IMG/VR virus record: IMGVR_UViG_3300037010_000365
Location: 17,962-81,961 of that record
From: a virus
Direction: 5' to 3' (one strand)
Length of the DNA stretch: 64,000 bases
Shown piece after piece: positions 9,112-18,477 of the stretch. Position numbers and translations under genes: made by a program. The notes under the pieces were generated by a model. It worked only from the letters and a program-made list of their open reading frames with translations. It searched no databases and was not told where the DNA came from. Positions within the stretch are counted from its first letter, which is position 1. Each line of letters opens with the position of its first letter.

Positions 9112-10398
9112 ATGTCTAATACTTTGTTAGAAACTTGGGGTGACGTGATCGAAGCTAAAGAATTAGGTTCTATCGCTCCACAACACAAATCAACTGTAGC
9201 AGTAATGCTAGAACAGCAAGCTAAACATATTAATGAAGATCTTGCTAACGTTACTGGTGGTGTTGCTAAATGGGATCCAGTCTTGATTGGCATGGTTCGT
9301 CGTTCAATTCCAAAAATGTTAGCGTTTGATTTGGTTGGTGTACAGCCTATGACTATGCCTTCAGGCATCGTTTTCGCAATGCGTTCACGTTATACTGCCC
9401 AGTCTGGTACAGAAGCGTTATACCATGAAGCAAATGCAGCTTTCTCAGGTAACGGTGTAGCTGAAACTGGTTCTATCTTCTCTGGCGACTTTGGCGGTAC
9501 TGGTGCAACCGATCCTGCGGCAATCACAGCTATGTTAACAGCTATCGGTGAAAACTTGGGTGTTGCTGGTTCTGCTAAAGACTTCAATGAAATGGCGTTC
9601 TCTATCGAGAAGAGCTCAGTAATTGCTAAGACACGTGGTTTACGCGCTCAGTGGTCAACAGAATTAGAACAGGATTTGAAAGCAGTTCACGGCATGAATG
9701 CTGATGAAGAAATGATCAACATTCTTTCTATGGAAATCACAAACGAAATCAACCGTGAATTGCTTCGTAAGATGTACTTCTTCGCTAAGTTAGGTGCTCA
9801 GAACTGTACAGTTCCTGGTGTGTTCGACTTGACAGCTGATTCTAACGGTCGTTGGTTAGTAGAAACTTTCAAAGGTTTGTTATTCCAGATCGAAATGGAA
9901 GCTAACAAGATTGCAACTGATACTCGTATGGGTAAAGGCAACTTCGTAGTTTGTTCTAGCAACATCGCTTCTGCTTTGGCTATGACTGGTTTGTTGGACA
10001 ACGTTCCTTCATCTAAGTTAGATACTGGTGCTCAAGTCGATCCTACTAGCTCAACTTATGTTGGTACTATCTTGAACGGTATGGCAGTTTATGTTGATCC
10101 GTATGGTTATGAAGCTTCAGCTGGTGCTGAGTTTGTTCTAGTTGGCTACAAAGGTGCTAGTTCTACTCAAGCTGGTATGATCTATGCTCCATACCAACCG
10201 TTAACTCTTGCTAAGACTGTTAACCCAACAAGCTTCCAACCAGCTGCTGGTTTCAAAACTCGCTACGGTCTAACAGTGAACCCGTTCGCTTATGCTACTC
10301 CATTGGCTAACGCCGATATGACTAGCACTGCAGACTTTACAGCTGCTTATCGTGGTAACATGTTCTATCGCATCATGAAAGTAACTGGTTTGTTGTAA
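9112..10398 (+). CDS. gp23: Major capsid protein
   Basis: DPVLIGMVRR, GVQPMT.PSG, EMAFSIEK, ELEQDLKAVHG, FQPAAGFKTRYG. Confidence 0.98.
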   Translation: MSNTLLETWGDVIEAKELGSIAPQHKSTVAVMLEQQAKHINEDLANVTGGVAKWDPVLIGMVRRSIPKMLAFDLVGVQPMTMPSGIVFAMRSRYTAQSGTEALYHEANAAFSGNGVAETGSIFSGDFGGTGATDPAAITAMLTAIGENLGVAGSAKDFNEMAFSIEKSSVIAKTRGLRAQWSTELEQDLKAVHGMNADEEMINILSMEITNEINRELLRKMYFFAKLGAQNCTVPGVFDLTADSNGRWLVETFKGLLFQIEMEANKIATDTRMGKGNFVVCSSNIASALAMTGLLDNVPSSKLDTGAQVDPTSSTYVGTILNGMAVYVDPYGYEASAGAEFVLVGYKGASSTQAGMIYAPYQPLTLAKTVNPTSFQPAAGFKTRYGLTVNPFAYATPLANADMTSTADFTAAYRGNMFYRIMKVTGLL

Positions 10399-10418
10399 AA
10401 CGATCAGTTAGTTTTAAT

Positions 10419-10443
10419 AAAAGGAGACTTCGGTCTCCTTTTT
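10419..10443 (+). terminator. Rho-independent terminator after gp23 (bidirectional)
   Basis: AAAAGGAGAC-TTCG-GTCTCCTTTTT. Confidence 0.9.
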
Positions 10444-10448
10444 GTTTA

Positions 10449-11021
10449 TTAAGCAACTAATAATTTAAGTACTTCGCTATCGCTAATACCTGTTAATAAT
10501 TCTTTTAATGCATTATGTTGTCTAAACGTGTTAATTTGAAATTCATATGATTTATCTATTTCATCCAGTGTAGTTAAGCAGTTAGATTTGCTTAACGATA
10601 ATAACAGGTCATTATAAAGAATTAACCCTATTCTGTTGAAATTTATCGGTAGTACACAGCTTTGTTCAAGTGACCAAAATCCGCTCTTGTAATCAGTTTT
10701 GTGTTCTAATGAAACACCAAATAAAAATTGTATTGTTTCATCGTTTAGCTGTATGAAGTATGGAACTCTAACTAATTTAATATCATTAACTGTGCAGTAT
10801 TCGGATAACAATGTGTCTCGCAATTGTGTTTTTGCCGATGTGTAGTGATGATACCCGTCAAATTCAATCAGAGTATCTATTTTACCATCAACTATCACAG
10901 CGTAATCAATTATCATCCGTTTATTCTTAAACTTAATAGAATATTGAGACTCAATAACGCATTGGCGGTATAGTTTAATAAGAATAAGCGCTAACGATTC
11001 CTCAGTAAGGTAATCTTTCAT
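10449..11021 (-). CDS. PD-(D/E)xK / Vsr-like (DUF559-type) endonuclease, probable free-standing homing endonuclease
   Basis: IIDYA...LIEFDGYHHY...RD....EYC..NDIKLVRVPY; the only credible minus-strand ORF, next to gp23. Confidence 0.7.
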   Translation of the reverse strand: MKDYLTEESLALILIKLYRQCVIESQYSIKFKNKRMIIDYAVIVDGKIDTLIEFDGYHHYTSAKTQLRDTLLSEYCTVNDIKLVRVPYFIQLNDETIQFLFGVSLEHKTDYKSGFWSLEQSCVLPINFNRIGLILYNDLLLSLSKSNCLTTLDEIDKSYEFQINTFRQHNALKELLTGISDSEVLKLLVA

Positions 11022-11105
11022 TTTACCATCCTCAATTTATTATTCTTAATATGTAATATTATAACATATAACTTAAAATAAATAAACCAAAAGGAACTAA
11101 CTATC

Positions 11106-11540
11106 ATGGATCTTACACTCGATCAAATCTTATCTGAGTCTGAAAAAGACTTATATGTCGATCACTTAGGTGACATCGGAAAACAAGTTGCTCAGCAGTC
11201 TAACATATTCTCTAAATGGCTAAGAATTACAAAAAAAGAAACCCTAAAGCTTAGAGCTCTTGATATTGAAATGGAAGCGCTAAAAGCTGAGTTGTGGTTG
11301 TATTATACAGGTAAGGCAGATCCTAGCGTGTATCGTGACCATCCAATGGATACGAGATTCTTGAAGTCTGAATCAAAAGAAGCAATTAATGCAGATCCAA
11401 GATATAAAAAGCTAAACATTAAAATAACTGTTCAATCTGAAACAGTTGATACATTGGAAAAAATTCTAGATCGTGTTAAATCAAGAGACTTCCAATTAAA
11501 GAATATTATTGAATGGAAGCGTTTTGAGTCTGGCGTATAA
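11106..11540 (+). CDS. uvsY: Recombination mediator UvsY
   Basis: FSKWL, LWLYYTGKA, ADP, KSRDFQLKNIIEWKRFESG. Confidence 0.92.
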   Translation: MDLTLDQILSESEKDLYVDHLGDIGKQVAQQSNIFSKWLRITKKETLKLRALDIEMEALKAELWLYYTGKADPSVYRDHPMDTRFLKSESKEAINADPRYKKLNIKITVQSETVDTLEKILDRVKSRDFQLKNIIEWKRFESGV

Positions 11541-11567
11541 ATATCGAACAACACTTAGGTAAAAATA

Positions 11568-12593
11568 ATGTTATTAATTAACTCAGCAAAAGAAATTAAC
11601 TGGTTAGCTAGCTTTCAAGTTAGATCGCCAACGGGTAAGCACATTGATATATCACAGTATATTCAACAAGTTAACATTCCATCTATTTCGTTGATGCCGT
11701 TGGATACAGCTGCTCCTAGAGGTATTACTAAATTCTACGGGACACAGACTCAATACGGTTCTTTTGATGTTCAGTTTTTAATGGATGAAAACTGGGAAAT
11801 CTATACGTTGCTTTTATCATTTCTATTTAACATGTCTAGATCAAGCAAACCTAATGAAGTTTTTGGGTCAGTAACTGTTATTGCCGTTGATTCGTATCAG
11901 GTACCTAAATTTAGAATTGAGTTTGATAATCTAGTGCTTAGTTCTATAACAGATATTCAATTGCAGACGTCTAACACAAATCAGCCGTTAATTGTTAACT
12001 GTCAATTTGATTTTAGCATGATTAAGTTTAGAAAAATATCAACTGCAGGTGATTTAGGTATTGGTGCAGGTATTAATACTAATGGATATTACCTTGAAGA
12101 TGGTTCATGGACTGGGATTGATTCAAGTTTAATAAGAAACAAATATTTAACATATGAAGGTAGATTAATTAACTCGGCTACAGGTGCTGCTCAATGGTCA
12201 GTTGATTTGTTAGAACAAGATAGCTATACGGTATTTATCCCAAAAAATACAGTTAAATTTGTAGAAGGTTTAACTGAAATTGAAATAGCTTGCGGAGTTG
12301 TTGTTACTGTCAATAATATACCTAAAAATAATGGATTGTTCAGTCGAACTGTTACTGTTCTTAAAGGCGGTGTAAAAGTTTTAACCAATAACTTCATATT
12401 AGAGTCATGTGTAGATATAAATACATTTAATAAAAAATATTCATCCGCTGATGGTGTTATTATTGAATTCACTTACACATTAGATCCAGCTGGGTACTCG
12501 ATTAGCTTCAATATACACGATCAGTTTAATCCTAATATGACATCAGGCGCTGAATATATTCAAAGCAATATAATTGATGGTTGTGTTAAATAA
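11568..12593 (+). CDS. gp3: Tail tube terminator gp3-like protein with long C-terminal extension
   Basis: QQVNIPSISL...F.VQFLMDENWEIY tube-fold N-terminal ~155 aa; late promoter upstream. Confidence 0.7.
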   Translation: MLLINSAKEINWLASFQVRSPTGKHIDISQYIQQVNIPSISLMPLDTAAPRGITKFYGTQTQYGSFDVQFLMDENWEIYTLLLSFLFNMSRSSKPNEVFGSVTVIAVDSYQVPKFRIEFDNLVLSSITDIQLQTSNTNQPLIVNCQFDFSMIKFRKISTAGDLGIGAGINTNGYYLEDGSWTGIDSSLIRNKYLTYEGRLINSATGAAQWSVDLLEQDSYTVFIPKNTVKFVEGLTEIEIACGVVVTVNNIPKNNGLFSRTVTVLKGGVKVLTNNFILESCVDINTFNKKYSSADGVIIEFTYTLDPAGYSISFNIHDQFNPNMTSGAEYIQSNIIDGCVK

Positions 12594-12663
12594 AAATTCT
12601 ATAAATACATTTAGGAGTTTGGGTTAATTCCTAAACACATTAAACAATTAATTGGAGAAGAAT

Positions 12664-13179
12664 ATGGCAGATTTTGGCATAGATTCATTTATTGGTAGTA
12701 TGACACATGGCGGGGCACGTGGTAACTTATATACGGTTACGCTAAACTCGCCTTATGGTTCCACTGATGATCTTACATTTAGATGTAAAGCTGCAAGCTT
12801 ACCAGCAGCTACTGTTGGCGTTATTGAAGTGCCGTATATGGGCCAGATTAGTAAGTGGCCAGGTAACACGACATACGAAGAGTGGAATGTTACTATTTTG
12901 ATGGATGAAGGTTTAGAATCGCGCGCCGCTATTGAAGTTTGGCAAGATGCTATCAACGGACGCGTATCAAATATCACTCAAGATAATACTACTCGTAATC
13001 ATTTCATCGATGCAATTGTAACACAATATAACAAAGATGGTTCTGTTGGTGCAGAGTACACAATTCATGGCATGTGGCCTACCAGTTTAGGTGCAGTTGA
13101 AATGTCATGGGAAGCGGCTTCGGCTGTGTTAGAGTTTCAATGTAGTTTTGCTGTGCAATACTGGACTCGTAACGTATAA
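12664..13179 (+). CDS. gp19: Tail tube protein
   Basis: GARGNLY, CKAASLPAATVG.IEVPYMG, TYEEWNVT, WPTSLG.VE.SW; ATG at 12664 after GGAG. Confidence 0.95.
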   Translation: MADFGIDSFIGSMTHGGARGNLYTVTLNSPYGSTDDLTFRCKAASLPAATVGVIEVPYMGQISKWPGNTTYEEWNVTILMDEGLESRAAIEVWQDAINGRVSNITQDNTTRNHFIDAIVTQYNKDGSVGAEYTIHGMWPTSLGAVEMSWEAASAVLEFQCSFAVQYWTRNV

Positions 13180-13200
13180 TATTAAAATAAGGAAATTATA

Positions 13201-15120
13201 ATGGCATATTTAGATTCTCCTGGTATTGCTATAAAAGAAGTTGATAAATCTTCTTATGTTGGCGGTAACAGTTCTACTACTGGTGGTTATGCTGGTGCGT
13301 TTGGTTGGGGTCCTGTATTAGTACCTACCATCATATCAAATCAAACAGATTTGATTCGCACATTTGGTGGCCCTGTTACTGGTTACAATCAGCAAGATTT
13401 TTACTCTGTTGCTTACTTTTTAAAGTATTCTAATGCTTGTTATGTTACTCGTGTAACAGGACCAGACGCTAAGAACGCGGTAGCAATGAAAGATAATTCA
13501 ACAACTGTTGGTAAAGAAGTTGTGATTAACTCATCTCAAGCTTTTGAGACCACTTTCACTAACTCAACTAGCGTTGACTTTGCTGCTAGATACCCTGGCT
13601 CTTTAGGTAATGGTATTGAAATTATCATCATTGATTCAATTTCATTTACATCATCCAAATACAAGAACTTGTTCACAGGTGCACCTACTGGTACTGAACT
13701 TCACGTATTATTATTGAAGAATGGTTCTGTTCTTGAAAAGTACGAATATTTGAATGCTTTACCTGGTACTAAAAAATCAGATGGCACAGTTGCATACTAT
13801 GTTGAAGTAATTAATACCCAATCTAATTACATTTACGTCTTGAAAGAAACAGGCGCTTGTGATTGCATACTGTCTGGCGGTACGCTAGGTGCAACTTTTG
13901 CTACATATAAAATATCATCTGTTACATATGCGGCAAGTATTTACCCCGGTATTGGTAATAACACTGTAATTTACTTAGTTGATAGTGCAAACTACGCTGC
14001 TTTGAGTACTGATGTTAAGTCACATTTGGTTGGCGCGCCTGCAGTTGATCAGTGCGCTGTGGTTGTTTATACTAATGGTTTCTTCACTGAAGTATTTGAA
14101 GCTTTGGACAAGTTATCTACATCTGCTAACTATTACGTAACCCAGTTTAACGCTCAATCATCTACAGCGCATTTAATGTCACCTGTTGACTTCACAGTAG
14201 CTGCTCAAACAGTTATGACATTAACTGGCGCAGTTGGTGATGTTCCAGTTGGTGATTCAGTTGTTAACGGTTATAACATTATGGCTGATGCTGATACTTA
14301 TGATATTAGCTTGATGTTTGCTGGATCAAATACTACAGTGTGTCAAACTGCTGTTGTTTCTATTGCAGAATCTCGCAAGTTTACAGTTGGTTTTGTCAGC
14401 CCTCAGTTTAGTTCATGTAAGTTAGGCGGTTCTGCTGCTTTAACTGCAGTGTTAGCTGATCGTCAAGCAATTTACTCTTCAAGTTATGGATTCATGGATT
14501 CTAACTGGGGTAAGGTTTACGATCCAATCAATAAGAACTCTTTCTGGATGGCTATGAATCCTGTATCTGCTGGTCTTCAAGCACAGGTTGAAAATCAGCG
14601 TGAAGCTTGGTATGTTGGTATGGGTACCACTTATGGTAGAATCTCAGGCATTCAAGCGTTAGCATGGGAACAGAGTCAAGTTATTCGTGATGCTTTGTAC
14701 AAGTCTCAAATCAATCCATTATGCACGTTTAAAAACGAAGGCATTTTGTTATTTGGTTCTAAGACATTACAAGTTAAGCCTAGCGCATTTGATCGTTTGA
14801 ATGTACGTCGTTTATTCATTGTAATTGAAAAAGCTGTTGGTAAAACTGCTAGAGCTCTTATTGGTGAACTTAACACTGATCAAACTCAGCGTTCTGTAGT
14901 TAACTCGATTACACCGTTTATGCGTGATATCAAAGCTAAGCAAGGTTGTTATGATTTTGCTATTGTTTGTGATGCCACGAATAACACGCCACAAGTTATT
15001 AACACTAATGGTATTGCAATTGGTTTGTACATCAAGCCTACTAAAAACATTGACTTTGTTTATGTTGATATGGTTGCAGTTAGCTCTGGTGTTTCTTTCC
15101 AAGAGATCATCGGCAAATAA
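13201..15120 (+). CDS. gp18: Tail sheath protein
   Basis: SPGI.IKEVD, F.WGP, ARYPG.LGN, RD.LY...INP, SAFDRLNVRRLF, CDATNNTP. Confidence 0.97.
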   Translation: MAYLDSPGIAIKEVDKSSYVGGNSSTTGGYAGAFGWGPVLVPTIISNQTDLIRTFGGPVTGYNQQDFYSVAYFLKYSNACYVTRVTGPDAKNAVAMKDNSTTVGKEVVINSSQAFETTFTNSTSVDFAARYPGSLGNGIEIIIIDSISFTSSKYKNLFTGAPTGTELHVLLLKNGSVLEKYEYLNALPGTKKSDGTVAYYVEVINTQSNYIYVLKETGACDCILSGGTLGATFATYKISSVTYAASIYPGIGNNTVIYLVDSANYAALSTDVKSHLVGAPAVDQCAVVVYTNGFFTEVFEALDKLSTSANYYVTQFNAQSSTAHLMSPVDFTVAAQTVMTLTGAVGDVPVGDSVVNGYNIMADADTYDISLMFAGSNTTVCQTAVVSIAESRKFTVGFVSPQFSSCKLGGSAALTAVLADRQAIYSSSYGFMDSNWGKVYDPINKNSFWMAMNPVSAGLQAQVENQREAWYVGMGTTYGRISGIQALAWEQSQVIRDALYKSQINPLCTFKNEGILLFGSKTLQVKPSAFDRLNVRRLFIVIEKAVGKTARALIGELNTDQTQRSVVNSITPFMRDIKAKQGCYDFAIVCDATNNTPQVINTNGIAIGLYIKPTKNIDFVYVDMVAVSSGVSFQEIIGK

Positions 15121-15137
15121 ATCTATATTCGATTATG

Positions 15138-15165
15138 AAAAATGGGAGCATACGCTCCCATTTTT
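15138..15165 (+). terminator. Rho-independent terminator after gp18 (bidirectional)
   Basis: AAAAATGGGAGC-ATAC-GCTCCCATTTTT. Confidence 0.88.
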
Positions 15166-15213
15166 GTTATTCGTTAACTAATCTATAGTGTTATAATTAG
15201 CTCTTGTGTATCT

Positions 15214-15291
15214 AGAAGTTCACTGGTTTAATTCAAAAAGAAAAGATATAGATTTTATCATATATTTTGTTTGGATTAAACCTGAGTGATT
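15214..15291 (+). repeat. Dispersed ~78-bp hairpin element, copy 1
   Basis: AGAAGTTCAC.GGTTTAAT.CAAAAAGAAAAGATATAGATTTTATCAT...ATTAAACCTGAGTGATT shared with 17713-17791. Confidence 0.85.
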
Positions 15292-15299
15292 CAGATAAT

Positions 15300-15975
15300 T
15301 TTAACAGTTCGGCCATTATATACCGGTGTGGCCTTGCGAGAAAGTTTCAATGATGTTCTGTACATTGTCGGATTACGAATACATCTACTCCCTTTTCTTT
15401 CCGCTGGATAATGAACCGGTTATTAATTAAAGTAATAATAAACAGATAACGCTGTTGAAAATTAATCTAATTAATAATTCGGTATTAATCCAGTTACCTC
15501 TAGTAAAAGGTAATCGCAGAAGCGAAGGAAATACTCAGTTTCTTTTAGTGATTAAACACTACCAGTTCATTCCCGTAGAACTGTCTTTCCTGATAACTTT
15601 TTAAGGCGTTATCACCAAATCAATATTAATTTCATGTAAGTCCATTACACTACTCATAACATCAACAGTAAAGAATACGTATACTCAATACATGAAACTA
15701 CGACTATCTTAGGTATTCGTTTCATTGGGCTGTCTACCCGAACCATCCTGTCTTACTAGGATATCCATCGTCGCTGGGTGCAAAGGGGAGCAGTGCCAGC
15801 ATTTTATTTTTAAGTTTTGGTCTACAATAGAAGTATGTTTAATTTAGATAAAGGGATATAGAATCCTGCATTATCAGAGTTCTAGACGTATCATAGCATA
15901 GTCAGATAGTAACTCAACCGTATGGATTGGTGTTTAACGGTTCCTAATTTGCATTTAACTTGGGTATGTTGTTTG
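15300..15975 (-). ncRNA. Candidate long non-coding RNA / origin transcript
   Basis: No ORF of 60 aa or more, multiple hairpins, downstream of 2 early and 3 late promoter boxes on the minus strand. Confidence 0.45.
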
Positions 15976-15982
15976 TATTTTC

Positions 15983-16172
15983 TATTTATAGAATTCTATT
16001 TATAACACATATCAGTCTAAAAGTAAACAACTAAATGATAAAAAGTTAAAATAAACTTGTTGTTCGGTTGACACAACTATAGAGTAATAAATAATTAATG
16101 AATAGAATCTTATTTATACATTATAACATGAATTAGACTAAAAGTAAACAACTAAATTATAAAAAGTTAAAA
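15983..16172 (-). promoter_or_regulatory. Tandem minus-strand early promoters (TTTACT-N17-TATAAW) plus late TATAAATA boxes; ~35-bp direct repeat
   Basis: Reverse-complement GTTTAC at 16023 and 16144; TATTTATA at 15983, 15997, 16111; repeat CTAAAAGTAAACAACTAAAT.ATAAAAAGTTAAAA at 16017 and 16138. Confidence 0.75.
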
Positions 16173-16177
16173 ATAAA

Positions 16178-17692
16178 ATGCCAGACATCATAATACACTA
16201 CTATGACTCAACCTACATAAAGCTGGAGTTTCCTAATCGGTATTCCATAGCAGATGAGGTGCATCAGAACTTTAGTTTTTTCGCAGAAGGATACAAGTTT
16301 CATCCAAAGTACAAGATGAAAGTATGGGACGGAAAGATAAAGTTGTTTGATAAAGGTAGATCTCTGTTGCCGTATGGATTGCTTAGCGATCTAGTTTCAT
16401 TTGCTGCTAAACAAAATTATACGGTTAAAGTACCTAAAGAATTAACACTACAGTCTAAAGTAACAGTAGAAGTTCTTGAAGAATTCTGTAGGTCAATTCT
16501 AAAGCTACCATTTGAGCCTAGAGATTATCAGTTAGAAGCAGCAGTACAGTGTATCAGAAATGGAAGACGTTTAGTTGTAAGTCCTACCGGGTCTGGTAAG
16601 AGTGTGATTCAGTATATCATTATTCAATATCTAACATTAGTTGAAGGTTTTGATCGAATATTGCTTACTGTACCTACGACAGGGTTAGTAACTCAGATCT
16701 ATAATGATTTTAAAGACTATGCTCAGAACGTAGAATTTAATGAAGCTGATTATCTGACAATTCCAAACAAACAGAATATTAAGTTTAAAGCTGACGCTAA
16801 AGTTATTATATCTACCTGGCAATCAATACAAAAACAAGATATCGAATATTTTGAAAATTTTGATGTACTGATGTGTGATGAAGTGCATACTATGGCAGCA
16901 GATGTTAGTCAACAAATATCGTTAAAATCAAAAAACGTATCTGTAAAATTAGGTATGACAGCAACTTTGTCTAATACTAAGTTGGGTGAAATGCCGTTGA
17001 TTGGTCTTTTTGGACCTATCTTCAAAACAACAACAACTGCAGACTTGATAGGACAAGGAATGTTAGCTAAGATAGAAATCAAAGCTATCCAGATGTCATT
17101 TCCTAATATATCTAATAGAGCTAGAATTATTGACTATGCTGAAGAGATCAGTATATTAACAAATTCAGTAGAACGAACCGAGTTTATTGCTAAATTAGCT
17201 GGAAAGTTAAAAGGAAATACATTAGTACTGTTTAATCATATTGAACATGGTACGTCTATATTCAATAACATTAAAAAGCTATATCCTGAAAAGAAAGTAT
17301 TCTATATAGCCGGATCAAGTTCAAAACAAGAAAGAGAAGATGTTAGAGTAGTTGCAGAAAAAAACGATGACGTGATAATTGTAGCTGGATATGCTGTATT
17401 CAGTACTGGTGTTAACATTAAAAATCTACATAACTTAATGTTTGCAGCACCAAGCAAGTCTATGATTAGAATATTACAGTCAATCGGTCGAGTATTAAGA
17501 TTACATAATGGTAAAGACTGCGCTGTTGTATATGACTTGTACGACATATTTGGCGATGATCAAGCTAAAGCTAAAAACTATGGGTTTAAACACTTTATTG
17601 AAAGATACAAAATTTATAATGATGTAAAAATGGAATGCTCTATCGTAGAAGGACCTAAGTTTATTACAACTGATCCAGGTATTAGCGACTAG
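16178..17692 (+). CDS. uvsW: UvsW SF2 DNA helicase
   Basis: GYKFHPKYK..VWDGKI, PRDYQ, SPTGSGKS, STWQS, DEVH, LQSIGRVLR. Confidence 0.96.
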   Translation: MPDIIIHYYDSTYIKLEFPNRYSIADEVHQNFSFFAEGYKFHPKYKMKVWDGKIKLFDKGRSLLPYGLLSDLVSFAAKQNYTVKVPKELTLQSKVTVEVLEEFCRSILKLPFEPRDYQLEAAVQCIRNGRRLVVSPTGSGKSVIQYIIIQYLTLVEGFDRILLTVPTTGLVTQIYNDFKDYAQNVEFNEADYLTIPNKQNIKFKADAKVIISTWQSIQKQDIEYFENFDVLMCDEVHTMAADVSQQISLKSKNVSVKLGMTATLSNTKLGEMPLIGLFGPIFKTTTTADLIGQGMLAKIEIKAIQMSFPNISNRARIIDYAEEISILTNSVERTEFIAKLAGKLKGNTLVLFNHIEHGTSIFNNIKKLYPEKKVFYIAGSSSKQEREDVRVVAEKNDDVIIVAGYAVFSTGVNIKNLHNLMFAAPSKSMIRILQSIGRVLRLHNGKDCAVVYDLYDIFGDDQAKAKNYGFKHFIERYKIYNDVKMECSIVEGPKFITTDPGISD

Positions 17693-17712
17693 TAATACAT
17701 CTGACAGTGTAC

Positions 17713-17791
17713 AGAAGTTCACAGGTTTAATCCAAAAAGAAAAGATATAGATTTTATCATCTAGTGTGATTATAATTAAACCTGAGTGATT
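17713..17791 (+). repeat. Dispersed hairpin element, copy 2
   Basis: Near-identical to 15214-15291. Confidence 0.85.
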
Positions 17792-17811
17792 TTAAAAAAT
17801 AATGAAAACAT

Positions 17812-17841
17812 GTTTACTTTTATATAAAACTATGTTATAAT
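17812..17841 (+). promoter_or_regulatory. T4-type early (sigma70) promoter GTTTACTT-N-TATAAT; similar sites near 25514, 26469, 27528, 28922, 30755, 31362, 32202, 32838, 33691, 35713, 36624, 37247, 43867, 46274, 49200, 51238, 52865, 59609
   Basis: Recurrent TTTAC(T/A)-N17-TATAAT in intergenic gaps. Confidence 0.8.
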
Positions 17842-17872
17842 AGAATAATTACACATGTAAGGAATAGATTTT

Positions 17873-18439
17873 ATGATTGAAATTACCGCGAAACCGTATG
17901 ATGTTAGATTCGCAAAGCGTAAAGCTAGAAATAAAGATGCAGCCGATTATATCAATAATTCTTTGTTGTACGAAGAAATGGTAAGATGGAAGGAATCTGG
18001 AGAAGAGAAAGTATCTGCTGAACTTGGTAGAATGTTTTTATTATTAGCAAAAAAAGTAACATCACATCGCCATTTTTCTAGATATCCAATTGAATTAAAA
18101 GAAGAAATGGTAAACGAAAGCGTTATAACCTTATTAAAAGGCGCTAGCAAGTTTAATCTTGAATTTAAAAATCCATTTGCATATTTTACACAATTCTGTT
18201 TCAACGCAAATATTGGTGTTATTAAAAAGTACTACGCTGAGAATGCTGGGACAATTCAATACTTTTTAGCAAACACACAAGAAATTGATGTCACTGATGG
18301 TCATACATTAGCAGTTATTGAGCAAGCAAAGATGTATTCAGATTCTAGAGCAAATTCTAGCAAAAAAACAAAATCAAATAAAGCAGTTAGACCAACATTA
18401 TTTGATTTTGATGAATTCGTAAAAGAACTTGTTGATTAA
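17873..18439 (+). CDS. gp55: Late-transcription sigma factor
   Basis: YINN..LY, LG.MFLLLAKK, F.RY, NPFAYFTQ.CFNA. Confidence 0.93.
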   Translation: MIEITAKPYDVRFAKRKARNKDAADYINNSLLYEEMVRWKESGEEKVSAELGRMFLLLAKKVTSHRHFSRYPIELKEEMVNESVITLLKGASKFNLEFKNPFAYFTQFCFNANIGVIKKYYAENAGTIQYFLANTQEIDVTDGHTLAVIEQAKMYSDSRANSSKKTKSNKAVRPTLFDFDEFVKELVD

Positions 18440-18477
18440 ATATTATCATATAATAGGAACAGGAATTATGAATTTTA

